Origin: Ruditapes philippinarum
Lineage: Eukaryota
Length of the DNA stretch: 64,000 bases
NCBI RefSeq assembly: GCF_026571515.1
Contig: NW_026852001.1
Coordinates: 62,001-126,000 of the forward strand
Direction of reading: 5' to 3'
Made by a program: the position numbers and the translations under genes. How positions within the stretch are numbered: position 1 is the first letter of the stretch; the number at the start of each line of letters is the position of its first letter. The notes under the pieces were generated by a model. The model was given only the letters and a program-made list of their open reading frames with translations. It did no database searches and was not told where the DNA came from. This document shows positions 27,701-40,300 of the stretch, piece by piece.

Positions 27701-28382
27701 GTTAATTCTCGGCCAACAGTATGTTTCTTTAAACGTTTTCGGAACTGGTTTGTCCAGGAAGTGGACTCATTTAATGATAATTAAATGCTTCAAAAACGTG
27801 CTGCATTAACTTTAAATTTTATTTAATATGTCATGAAACTGATCAACTTTTAACGATATTTATTTTCAGACTTTGGAAATATTTGTACCTAAAGAGGAGG
27901 AAACAGTCAAATTGCGAAATTATGTTCGAATCACAACAGAAACATGCTGGTTAATGTGTATACACGAACCACCTTTAACATTTAAATATTGTGAAGACAA
28001 TAATAAATTCGATGAGAACTATTTTAGCCCATACACAAGAACAGGTGACACTGTAGAGTTCCTTGTTTGGCCCGCTTTACTTCTCCACGATGGTGGACCG
28101 CTTTTGAACAAAGGTGTAGCACAAGCAAATGACTCAAAACAAAAAGAACAGAAAGTACAGACAAAACATACAAATGATAATGATAATACTGACTACATTG
28201 TTAATGATTCTAATTCCTCCAACGAAACTGAATTGTCTAGAAGAGAAGAAGCTGATGTAACGAGAATTAACGAAGATTTTGTGTCAAAAATAGACACAAT
28301 TAAACCAGTACCAAAGGCAAGACGAACAAAGGAACATTCTTCTAAAACACACAATGAAAATACAAGAGAAGAATCTTCTTGA
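24774..28382 (+). CDS. Mieap/SPATA18-like paralogue 3, myristoylation/palmitoylation-type N-terminus; about 438 aa
   Basis: Exons: 24774-24971 (aaaATGG; MGVVASCKPS...), 25128-25186, 25473-25562, 26033-26113, 26383-26584, 26942-27028, 27435-27521, 27870-28382; 1317 nt in frame. Exon sizes 59, 202, 87 and 87 nt and the intron phases match paralogue 2. C-terminal TCWLMCIHEPPL...FD...YT..G..V...VWPALLLHDGGPLLNKGVAQ. Confidence 0.87.
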
Positions 28383-28604
28383 ATTACATATCTTCACAAA
28401 GCTTTTTCTTAAACAGGAATTGACTTACATTGAAACTATTTATGGATTAAAATAATAAAAAAAAATCTGTTACAATGACGGCATGCAGAACGAAATATTA
28501 AAAACACAAATGTACATATTTTAACAACCGCCAGTATTTTATATTGTATGTGATATGTGATGGTTGGTGAACTTGATGTACAGAAAGGAAGTTAACATTA
28601 ACGC

Positions 28605-28608
28605 CTAT

Positions 28609-28647
<39 letters not shown>

Positions 28648-28662
28648 TTCATTTATTTATTT
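28605..28662. repeat. (TTTA)n microsatellite
   Basis: Run of ttta units downstream of paralogue 3. Confidence 0.9.
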
Positions 28663-28675
28663 AAATATACTCACA

Positions 28676-28830
28676 CCTTATATTCGCCTGTGTTATTTGA
28701 ATGTTTCTGATTCATTTATAAATACCGTGGATTCCTTATGTTCACCTGCGTCATTTGAATGCTACTGATCATTTTATAATTTTAATGGCTACCTTATGTT
28801 ACCTTGCTTAATTTGAATGGTACTGATTTG
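28676..28830. repeat. Degenerate ~58-bp tandem repeat, about 3 copies
   Basis: Recurring ccttat(a/g)tt...atttgaatg...ctgat. Confidence 0.6.
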
Positions 28831-29282
28831 AAGCCGGTACTAGCGGGGCATAGACAGTAGTTTGAACTTTCCAGTACTGTCAATGAACAGGCTGAATCAA
28901 ATCGAGCCTGCAACATTTTCATTAATTTTGCCATGCTAGGCTTTCTTTTGGGATTCTTTTTTTATTATTATAATACATAATGTCTACCTTATGATCGCTG
29001 GTACTGATTCTTTAATACATACATTTGCTTAAAATAAAACGTTACTGAACAACTTTTACTGCTCTACACGTGTAAAAGTATTCTACTGCATGTAAAACAG
29101 TATAAAGGTGTTTCATATTCATGTATATACAAATGCAGTAAGCAAGTGTATTGCTTGATATCAATAAATTAAACATTTGAATTTAGTTTGTTTGCTTACT
29201 ACCCTTAATGACCATGACAAAATATGTTTATGTGTAAAACTTGAATGTAACATGTTGTCAATCTTCTTCTTGATATTATCGT

Positions 29283-30280
29283 CTTTTTATACGCCCCCCC
29301 CCCCAAACAAAAATAAGAAAAAATTAAATCGGAGTTTATTGTTATGCACCTGGCTGTCCATCCGTCCCGCTGTCTGTTAGCAATTTCGTGTCAGTTCTGT
29401 ATCTTTTGAACCGATGGAAGGAAATTGAAACTACTTGGAATAATGATTTTCGTTATGTTTAAATTTCAAAATTGCAAAAACTTATATACAAATGTATTTA
29501 ACATGAAGAATTACACAGTAAACCTTTACAAAAGAAATATGCATCAAGTGTTAAACTACATTGTCTAAAGCTTGAATAGTTTGCGTACAGCATTGCTTTC
29601 TGGACCTCTATAAACCCGATAATTGTCATGACATTGTTCCTTGGTTCAAAATTGGACCCGTCACGGGGGTTCATTTATTTGATAAATACTTATACTGGAA
29701 AACACATTTAAGTTTGATTGTGTCAAACTACATTTGTACATTGATTAGACATAAGACATGAATCATTGCTTTGTGATCCTCTACAAAACTGGTATTAATA
29801 ATGCCCCTTGGAACAATATTGGTTCCTCCACTGGGGAAGTTGATTTGTATAGACTATGTAGGAAAGACATTTATGTCATATTGTGTGAAACTACATATAA
29901 CATGTAACAATACTGATATTAATAAATCATATATTAACAGAGTCCCGTGGCCATACCGTTGGTGACATGATCAGGAAAACACATAATGTTTGATTGTGTG
30001 AAACTACACTATCCAAAACTTAAATATTTGGCATGAAGCATTGTATTTTGGGCCTCCATGAAACTGGAATTGATCATGTCCCTTGAGTCAATATTTGCGG
30101 CGCCCGGAGGTCAGTTGATATATATAGACTTTTATAGGGAAACACATTTAAGTCTTATTGTGTGAAACTACAATGCTCAGAATTTACATAATTGGCATGT
30201 TACATTGCTTTGTTGATCTATACAAAACTGATGTTAATTAAAAACCTATTGCGTCAATATTTTTCCCTCCCTCGGGCAAA
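29283..30280 (+). mobile_element. Degenerate Helentron/HINE-like element with decayed tandem units
   Basis: Starts tttttatacgcccc, has a ctgtccatccgtcc microsatellite-like block, then recurring ttgtgtgaaactaca / gaaaacacattta motifs. Confidence 0.55.
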
Positions 30281-31384
30281 ATACGAAAAAATGAAAAAAG
30301 ATTTGTACATATACATATTAATTCATGATAATTTATTTAAATATGTCCTTGTTCGTGGAACAAATTCTGTGGCAGTAAAGAAATTTGAAAGTATAGATAC
30401 ACTTGTATTAGTGGTCAAGTTCTAATGAGAATCAATGCTTTACACGGAGACCAAACGATCACAAATTATAACTGGAGTAATTTCTCAGGGCTCAGTAGAC
30501 TTATATAAGTGTCTCTATATAAAGATGATGGACTAAACAACGATTACTAGTAAATACAATTTCAATCAATGCTTTTATTATATGAATAGCCCTAACAAAT
30601 TTAATAATTATACTTATCAAATGATACTTAGTTTTACATCAAGAATAACTCTTCTTTTATTTAATTAAGATTGTATTTATGATATATTTATATGTGGTCG
30701 ATTACAATAAACGTAAACGTTTGTATTAAGGACTAAGTCCAGTTTAATGTTTCAAGGCTAAGCCTTGTAGTACTGACCAGAGAAGGTACAGTACCTAACC
30801 TAGCTAAAATTGCAAAAGTCAGCTTATTTATACAATTCAGTATTCACTGCAGCAATTTGATTGGTTGACATACATACCATGCAATAAGTATGAAAGATAG
30901 TAACTCATAATTATATGTTAACTTAGATTACCGTAAATACCCATCCTATTACACACTTAACATAAGTAAAATTTAAGTTTATATATAATGCGAATGTAAA
31001 CATTGAAAGTCTTTCCTGGTCAAAACATTTTGTAATGGATTAAATGATTTTGACAATACAATTTTCATTGTGAAGCACATCGATGAACCTTTTCATATAG
31101 GTATCAAGTCATTTATCCGGCTTTAATTACAGTCGTTATTTGTCTTGGATGGCTTACCGGAAAAAAATACATTAAACAAATAATGTCACTAAGATTGAAA
31201 TTAGATAGCCATGATGTGCTGCTTGGGGAAGAAAAATACTTAGATTCCTTTGACCTACAAAAATATTACGTTATAATACGGTACCAGACGGCGAAAATCC
31301 AGAACTTGAGTACTCTTCAGCAAGAAAAACATTGGGTAACCGGCAGGTTATTTCTGTAGTTTTAATAATTTTAATACAGCAAAT

Positions 31385-34300
31385 ATGGAACTGAACAAGT
31401 TAGCCGTTGATCAGCTGGATTTAAAAGACAAAAGAGTTCTTATCAGGTATGCGTGTTGTTAAATACCATTGACAAAGCGCGATTATGCAGTAATTATTGT
31501 GTTGACCTTCGTTATTTGGCGACCTTCACCTTTAATGCACAGGCTAAGTAACCCCTAAGTAAGCCTTGAACCTCCATGAAATATAGGGGATAAGAAGCAC
31601 AGTACATAAGTTAACCTTACCATTATCATTTGCTGAATTGCAGAAAAAAACTCTGAATCCTTCACCCTCTATTTTGACACCTTGATTTTAATAAAAAGAA
31701 AAGATATCCAATAAACAGACTAATTCACTAATCACTTAAACAATTAAACATAAAGTTTAAACAGGTCTAGAAAAGTCCTAGATTTACACGTTAGCTATAA
31801 AAAATGCACACTATCTATAAAATTATAGAAAATACCATCTATAAAAATATGGATGTGTTCACACAAAATCATGTTTTTCTCGTGTGAATTATGCGTTCTA
31901 AGAAATTTGTGTACATTTTCATATATAAAACTTGTCAATCCACTTTGAGTAAGCAACATAGCAAGTTTGGTGGTCTTCAAATGCTGCCTTCGAAAATTCA
32001 GGCATTTGATACATTCTTAAGTTCAGGGTAGATGTATTTCACACGAGATAAACATGATTTTGTTAGAACACATCTGTTGTTATATAGATGGTATTATCTA
32101 TAATTTTACAGATAGTGTGTGTTTTTATAGGTAGTGTGTAAATATAGGACTTTTCTAGACCTGATTAAATCCAAGAATTTTGATGAATAGACACTTGAAC
32201 AAAATATGTTGAAGACGTTTGTTCTTGTAAAATCTTTTTATTCTCCCATATAATGTTCACCTTTAAATTGGAGATGCATTTGCAGATGTTTCAGTGTTTT
32301 TTTTTTTTATATAACTACTACCCTAAAACGGTACCATTCCCAATAGAAAATAGACATTAAAATTCCCAATTTCCAATGGAAAATTCCCAAAATGACTGTT
32401 CAAAATGCCCACAAGGCAAAGTGATTTTTCTAAAATCATTTAAATCCAACATATTCATATAAATCACCACTCAATAGTTCTATCTAGACAGTAGAAGCTG
32501 TTAGCTATCTTTATTCATGATGTCTAATCTCATTTGTAGCTGAAAAAATGAATTATAAAAAATCCCAATTTTAGTCAAAATAACGCATTTTTTCCCAATC
32601 AGTCTGGTACCGGCACCATTCCCAAAGTAGAGAAAAAAAACGCTGTGTTTTTGTTTACTTCTATAGCAGGGGCCGTTATAGGGCTGCTTCCCCAAGAAAA
32701 ATTCTTTAAAATCATGCAGTTTTCAACAAAATTGAATTTACATCAAGTTTTTTCCTCCCCCTTTTGCAAATATGCCGTGTAATTTATACCCAAAAATCAG
32801 GGCAGGGATCAGCGTCCCCGTCTGCGTTGGTTAAAGTTTTTTGTAAAGTCAAATATCTCAATTATTACTTGAGATACTCAATTGAAACTTACAATACTTA
32901 TTTATAGTAATAAGGTACATCAGATTGACAAGTTGGATAACTCTGCCTACAATATTGACAGAATTATGCCCCTTTTTAACTTAGAAATTTTGGTTAAAGT
33001 TTTTTCTAAAGTCAAATATCTCAATTTTTGCTTGAGATATTCAGTTGAAACTTACAATACTTATTTATAGTAACAAGGTACATCAGATTGACAAGTTGGA
33101 TAACTCTGTCTACAATATTGACAGAATTATGCCCCCTTGGAACTTAGAAATTTTGGTTAAAGTTTTTTTATAAAGTCATATATCTCAATTATTGCTTGAG
33201 ATATTCAGTTGAAATTTAAAATACTTTTTTATAGTAACAAGGTACATCAGTTTGCAAAATTGCATAACTCTGCCTGCAATATTTGCAGAATTACATGTAT
33301 TTGCCCCTTTGAAACTTAGAAATTTTGGTTAAAGGTTAAAGGTCTTCAAAGATATTCACTTGAAACTTTACACATGCACTTAGGATCATAAGTGGAGGGT
33401 CATAATTGTATGTCACTGACCAAGTTCCATAACTCTATCTTGCATTAAGGCTGATTCATATCCCCTTTTCTACTTAGTCTCTTGGTTAATGTTTACATGC
33501 AAGTTTTACATATCTCAATAACTATTAAAGATATTTATTTAAAACTTCACATATGCATTTAGGGTCATAATTGTAGGTCACTGACAAAGATCCATAATTC
33601 TATCTTGCATTTAGGCTGATTTTTCTCCCCTTTTTCAACTTAGAAATTCATGGTAAAGTTTTGCTTGTAAGCTGTTATCTCAATAACTACTGAAGGGTTT
33701 GTGCCTTTTTTGGGACAATTTTATGCGTTCATAATAATAAAGCAGTGATTTACTTGATAAAACATCTTAATAACAAGCCTTTGTACCTTTTCTGTCAAAT
33801 TTATGTATTCATAGATAATTAGTATTGTTATACTCAATAAAACACCCTTGTGACATTACCTTCCGAATAGTCAAGCCAATACTGTATAATTAGACTCTGT
33901 CTAAGGCCTATAGCATGAATTTATAAAAAAAATTAGCCCTTTTGTGAACTTAAAAAATTTAACATTATCAAGGCTCTTTTACTATCAAGCACTTAGAATA
34001 GTCGAGCGTGCTGTCCTACCGACAGCTCTTGTATATACATGTAGTAACCATGCCTTTGTTGTAGGTCAAAGGTCATGGTTCCTCTACTGTGTAATCAGCT
34101 TAGAAGGCATTTTTCAGTTTCCATTAACAGTTTCTTTATGATTTATCTCAACATTTTGAAAAATTAATTTGTGAGACTGTCCTACTTAAGTCTCAAGATC
34201 TGATTAAGAATCCACTGGTAACTTGTAATATTTCATTTACCTGTAAAGTTATATTTATTTTCAAGTCGGTTAATTATTTGAAAAAAGAGTTTTTCTATCA

Positions 34301-37300
34301 CAACTTCTGTATGTTACATGTAAGTGCGTATAATTTTAGAAATATAATATACCGTTGCGTTGTGACTGTCTTTTTTTAATGAATTTTAATGAAGTATAAA
34401 TATACAATTTTCTTTGATTTATTACATATATATTTATCATTTTTATGTTTACAGAGTTGATTTCAATGTACCTCTGAAAGATGGGAAGATTACTAATACA
34501 CAAAGGTAAATTATAGTTTTACCAGAGATCGAAAATTCCACTTGTCTGCTTGTATTAAGGAATAGAATTTAAGAGAACTTGATGCAGGACGTGTAGAAAA
34601 ATGTTGCCTACACATTTGATTTAGAAGCTACTCGTCCTGCAGGACAAGTGACTTTGAAAATATTTTTCGATGCCTGTTTACCCTTACCATGCTAAATATC
34701 TTATATGGGCTTGTTCATCTTTCATTCTTGACATAACCATTCTATGTAATTTTTAGGGAACATTTCTAAAAAAATGCCACGACAAGAATTTAGCACTTAC
34801 AAAATAAAGAAATGCTAGCAACTTTGTGGTGATATTTTACCCTTTGAATCATGGCAGTAAGCCATTTTAAATTCACTATAGCACATTTCAGCCACTGTGT
34901 CATTCTTAGGAAGGCTGTCAAGCAGTTAATCAGTACTAGGGGCCTTCACTTTCACAAGGAACTTTTCAACTTCTGTACATGATGCCAGAGCAAAGGTACA
35001 TTGCTAATGATAGTAGAAAGGATTTTATGATCAATCACAACAAAAGTGACTTGCATTGTCTGGAAATCAAACCCAGGCCACTGGATACACAGTCTAACAC
35101 TATACATGTACCTAAATTGAGCTAACCAAACAGTTACATTGCTTAGTATAAACAGTTGCAATGTTATATTACCTGAACAACTAGGTGATGGTTATATAAT
35201 TGTTAACAACCCGTTTATATATACATGGCCATTTAATATGTTGCAAAATCCTGTAATTGGAGGGAAAAGGAAAATTATGTTAACATACATGTATATTGTT
35301 AAACTTTGTTTTATTTCAGAATTGATGCAGCTTTGCCAACTATTAAGTATGCACTGGATCAGGGAGCAAAATCAGTGGTATTGATGAGTCATTTAGGCAG
35401 ACCAGATGGACGAAGACAGGATAAATACACAATGGCACCTGTCAAACCACAACTTGATGCCAAGCTTGGAAGGTATAACAAATATACATCTTCTTTTAAT
35501 GACTTCATACAGAGATTGCATATCAGGTGCTTCAAGTGACATTATGCACATCCAATGGCATATACTGAGTGAACAAGCGACAGTCAAAATAGGTTTACAT
35601 TCTGCCATAATTCCTTTTTCAATCGCCTTAGCTATAAAACATTTTCCAGTATCAGCTGTTGGTTATTCACCATTTAAAATAAAAGTCAATCTTTAGCAAT
35701 ATAGTCAGGTCAACTTGACAATGAAAAAATGAGCATAATGTCACTGAAAGAACTGAACTTTATCAGTCTTTATCTATCTTCACTTTATCAGAATTAATAC
35801 ACTTACATGTATTTTAATGTGAAGGAGTTCTGTAGTTGACTGGTAAAGGAAACTCAGGGTGAATCACTACTTACCTCCTTGCTGGTTTGAATCCCACTAG
35901 GAACTGTTTGTTTGAATACCACTAGGACCTTAGAATTCTGGGAGAAATCTATTTAACTTTACAGTACTTTTTGTTAACCTCTTTGTGCCTGAAATAATGC
36001 ACAGAATGGCAACTGAGGTCTTCCTCTTCCACCAGTTAAGCTGGAAGTTTCATTATAACCTTAATTGGTTGATATGAGCTAAATGCCAGCTCTTGATAGA
36101 TTTTATCGTATTGAATTCTCTGAGAAAACTTTTTGCCTGAGTTCAATCCAAAACTGTGATTGATTACTTAAAGGAAGTAAACTTACATTCTAAGATTTAA
36201 GTAACTCACTTGTTTCAACCCATTTTAGGCCTACTTATTATAGTGTTCTGCGCAGTATGACCAGTAATGTGTCAATTTTGTTAAACTCAGACAAACAAAA
36301 ATAAAGAAAAAAGGTTATATTCATTAAGGGATTATTACTGGGAAATATTGAAGTTTATCTTATTTCTTGTATTATACAGGAACGTGACATTTTTATCTGA
36401 CTGTGTTGGGCCTGAAGTGGAAGCAGCCTGTGCTAGCCCCGCACCTGGTTCCGTGATTCTGTTAGAGAATCTACGTTTTCACAGAGAGGAAGAAGGCAAA
36501 GGTGTTGATGTTAAAGGAGAGAAGGTACATGTATAAATGTATATGTGTACATTACTTTGAAATATTTCCATCTTCTTGACATACAAGGTATTCCCTTCAG
36601 TGTTTGTTCCTGTACATACAGGTTTCAGTAAAATTTTGTTTTGTTTCCCAATCCAACTACCTACCCACAAAAATCTGTGCTAATTGCAAAAAAATTAAAT
36701 AATTTTTTCCTGCTTAACATTAGAAGTACATGTATTCCGTCTTTGAGAATCACATCTTGTATCTGTTTATTATACAAACCTTGGTTCTTTAAACAAATGC
36801 TAAATATTCACACGCTTTTTGAAATCCATAATACATTTGTAATTATGTTCAATAAAAAAAAATTTCAATGGTAAAAAGTTTTCTGCCTACCCTATCCAAA
36901 CTGCCAAGGGTCGCAGAAGGGGAAACTTTTAAGACTGGTTACGGTTATTTATCAAGTATAGGTTGTATTTAAATATGTTGACAACTTTTTCTAAAACAGC
37001 AGTGTTTTCCCAAAAAAATAGACTTTTTGTGTGAGGTGGACACTAAGATAAGTTTCATGTACGAATTCATAGAAAAGGTGTCTAAAATTAAACTCTCATT
37101 ACTACCCTGGCACCATTTAGATTTTCAAATTATCAACTTCATCATTTAATTTAAATGTTTATTTGTCACTAAAATTGAAACAGTGTGAAGATCATAAATG
37201 TAGCTTTTTTCCTGTGCTATCAATTGGTCTTGCTATTGAAACATCAAATCAAACGTAAATTGTTCATTTTATAGGTAAAAGCTTCTGCCGCTGATGTTGA

Positions 37301-40300
37301 AAAGTTCCGAGCATCTTTGTCAAAATTAGGAGATGTTTATGTCAATGATGCATTCGGCACTGCTCACAGAGCTCATAGGTAATCAATGTTTATACTTGTA
37401 TATTACATATAATAATTGTATTTTTAGCTCGACTATTCGATAAGAATAAGTAGAGCTATTGCAGTCACCTGAGTGTCTGCGTCGGCGTAACCACTTATGT
37501 TAAAGTTTTTGTAATAGTTCAAATATTTTCAAAGTCCATTGACATATGGCTTTAATACTTTGCACACTTGTTCACCATCATGACCCCAACTTGTAGACAG
37601 GAGGAGGTAACTCTATCAATCATTTTGACAGAATTATGCCCCTTTTTCGACTTAGAATTTACGTTAAAGTTTTTGTAATACCTCAAATATTTTCAAAGTT
37701 CATTGACATATGGCTTTGAAACTTTGCACACTTGTTCACCATCATTACCCCAACCTGTAAACAGGAGGCGGTAACTGTATCAAGCATTTTTTTTTACTAT
37801 CAAGCACTTAGAATAGTCGAGCATTGCTGTCCTACCGACAGTTCTTGTTAAAAATTTTTAGTGTAACATGAGGTTTAGTTAATACTAATTTATATTAGTT
37901 TGAATGTGTTGGAAGCTATAAGTTTATTGAAACACTCTCGAATTTGTTCCTAGAACCAACCAGTTCTAAGCTATGAGTTAAAGATTCTTGCTCACCAAAG
38001 CAACGGCTTTAAACCCACAAGGTTTATACCCACAGGATTTATTGATACTGTGAATTATTCACAATATTTTGGAAAAAAATGAAAATTTACATGTTAGGCA
38101 CTGCTCCCAATGTTAGTCCTGTTTAAAGAGAGAGAGAAAATACTGTGATGTTTGGAATGCTAGCCAGCAATAATGATTTGCTTATATAAGCAGAATGATG
38201 TCAGACCTGGCAGCTTATTTTTGGCACTTTTATAACAAAAATGCCTCACTTTAACAATTGACAGTTCTGAACAAGTTTATTTTTTTGTAAAACTCAAGCA
38301 TTGTAAGAATTGAATCTGAAGTGACAAAACATAATGTTTGAATCTTGCAAAGAATAGAAAAAGGTAATGAAACTAGGTTTCCTGTTTCAATAATTTGTTT
38401 CAGTGAACATTAGCATAAGTTAAACAACTTGAAGATTTTTAAAGTCTGTTCTTTACGTATACCAGCACGTGTCAAAAGTATTTAGACAAGCCCAACATTT
38501 TGTATTTTGATATTTTTTCAGTTCAATGGTCGGATGCCAGCTACCCCAGCGGGCTTCAGGATATCTATTGAAGAAAGAATTAACATATTTCTCAAAAGCT
38601 TTAGACAACCCAAATAAACCATTCCTTGCCATACTTGGAGGGTAAGAACTGTTTGTGTGACAAGTTTGCCTTTTATTACATTGCTTTCATGTTGAATAAT
38701 TTTACGAGTGGTGTCATGTTTATCCACTTAAGTGGGTTTAGTCGGTTTTTAGCCAAAATTTGTTTGAAAATTAAATAAATGCTAACCGAGGTTAGTATTT
38801 GACAAACATCTGAAAAAATTTGAGATTGATATTAGTCAAAATATTATAACTCATGTATGTTCATTAATCACTTTAGAACTGTATCAACAATTTGCTTTCC
38901 ATAATTATTTCGTTAGAATATCCAAGTGATTTATTTATAACGTTTTCATTAATATTTGAATTATGTATGGAAATTATGCCAATTTTAGACCATTCCACTA
39001 TATAATTGATTGCATCAATATTTAAAAACTTATCATTATTCCTTCATCTAAATGGAAAATGTGTCCATTGTAGAGCAACCCACTTTAAACAATGACAAAC
39101 CAGTGACCACCTTTATTGTAACGTGATATTTTATGTTTACAGAGCTAAGGTGGCTGATAAGATACAGTTAATTGAGAACTTGCTAGATAAAGTTACAGAC
39201 ATGATTATTGGTGGAGGAATGGCATTCACTTTCCTTAAAGTCTTGAATGGCATGAAGGTAAGAAATTGTTCCAGGCAGCACACTAATGTTCCATTGGTAC
39301 CAGGCAGCAAACTAATATAAGAATGGTTCCAGGCATCAAATTTATGTAAAAATGTTACGGGATGGCAAAATAATATAAGAATGGTACCAAACATCACACA
39401 AACCATAAGGGTATATTCAGGCACCAAGCTTACCTAATTGTTGTACCAAGCTCTAATGTTCAAATGGTGCCAGGCATTAAACTTATGTAAGAATGGTACC
39501 AGGCACCACACAAATGAAATAATGGTGCTAACATGACTACTTCTCACTTGTTTGATTTTCTAGAAAAAGTAAATTCATGACTTCTTTATAGAGTTAAAAG
39601 ATTTGCATATATGAAATACATCTACATTAAACACAATGAAGATCTGTTATTTTAATTTCAGATCGGGAATTCTTTATATGACGAGGAGGGGGCTAAAATT
39701 GTAAATAAACTTATGGAAAAAGCCGAGAAAAAAGGTGTCAAGATTTATCTTCCAGTGGATGTAGTGACTGGAGATAAGTTTGCTGAAGACGCAACTGTCG
39801 GCAGTGCTACTGTGGCGTCTGGTATTCCTGATAATTCAATGGTAAGTTATTTGTATCTAGGAATACTTTATGAATGTGGTTCTGTAATTGTTAAATCATA
39901 ATGTATACTGTATTATACAGGTTACATGGGACGGCAGTGGCTTAGTGATTATGCCCCCATTTCGAAGAAAAGGGGGTATATTGCTTTGCACTTGTCGGTC
40001 CGTCGGTCCGTCGGTCCTTAGACCAAATGGTTTCCGAGTGATAACTAAAGAACCCTTAGGCCTAGGAACTTCAAACTTGGTATGGTGATTGGTCATGACC
40101 AGTAGATGACCCCTATTGATTTTGGGGTCAAGGGGTCAAAGGTCAAGGTCACATTGACCTTGTAAGCAAAAACGGTTTCCGATCAATAACTAAAGAACCT
40201 TAAGGCCTAGGAACTTCAAACTTGGTATGGTTATTGGTCATGACCAGTAGATGACCCCTATTGATTTTGGGGTCAAGGGGTCAAAGGTCAAGGTCACATT

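Noticed and set aside
18820-28382. Assigning the symbol SPATA18
   Set aside because: Only family-level motif similarity; multiple local paralogues point to a lineage-specific expansion.
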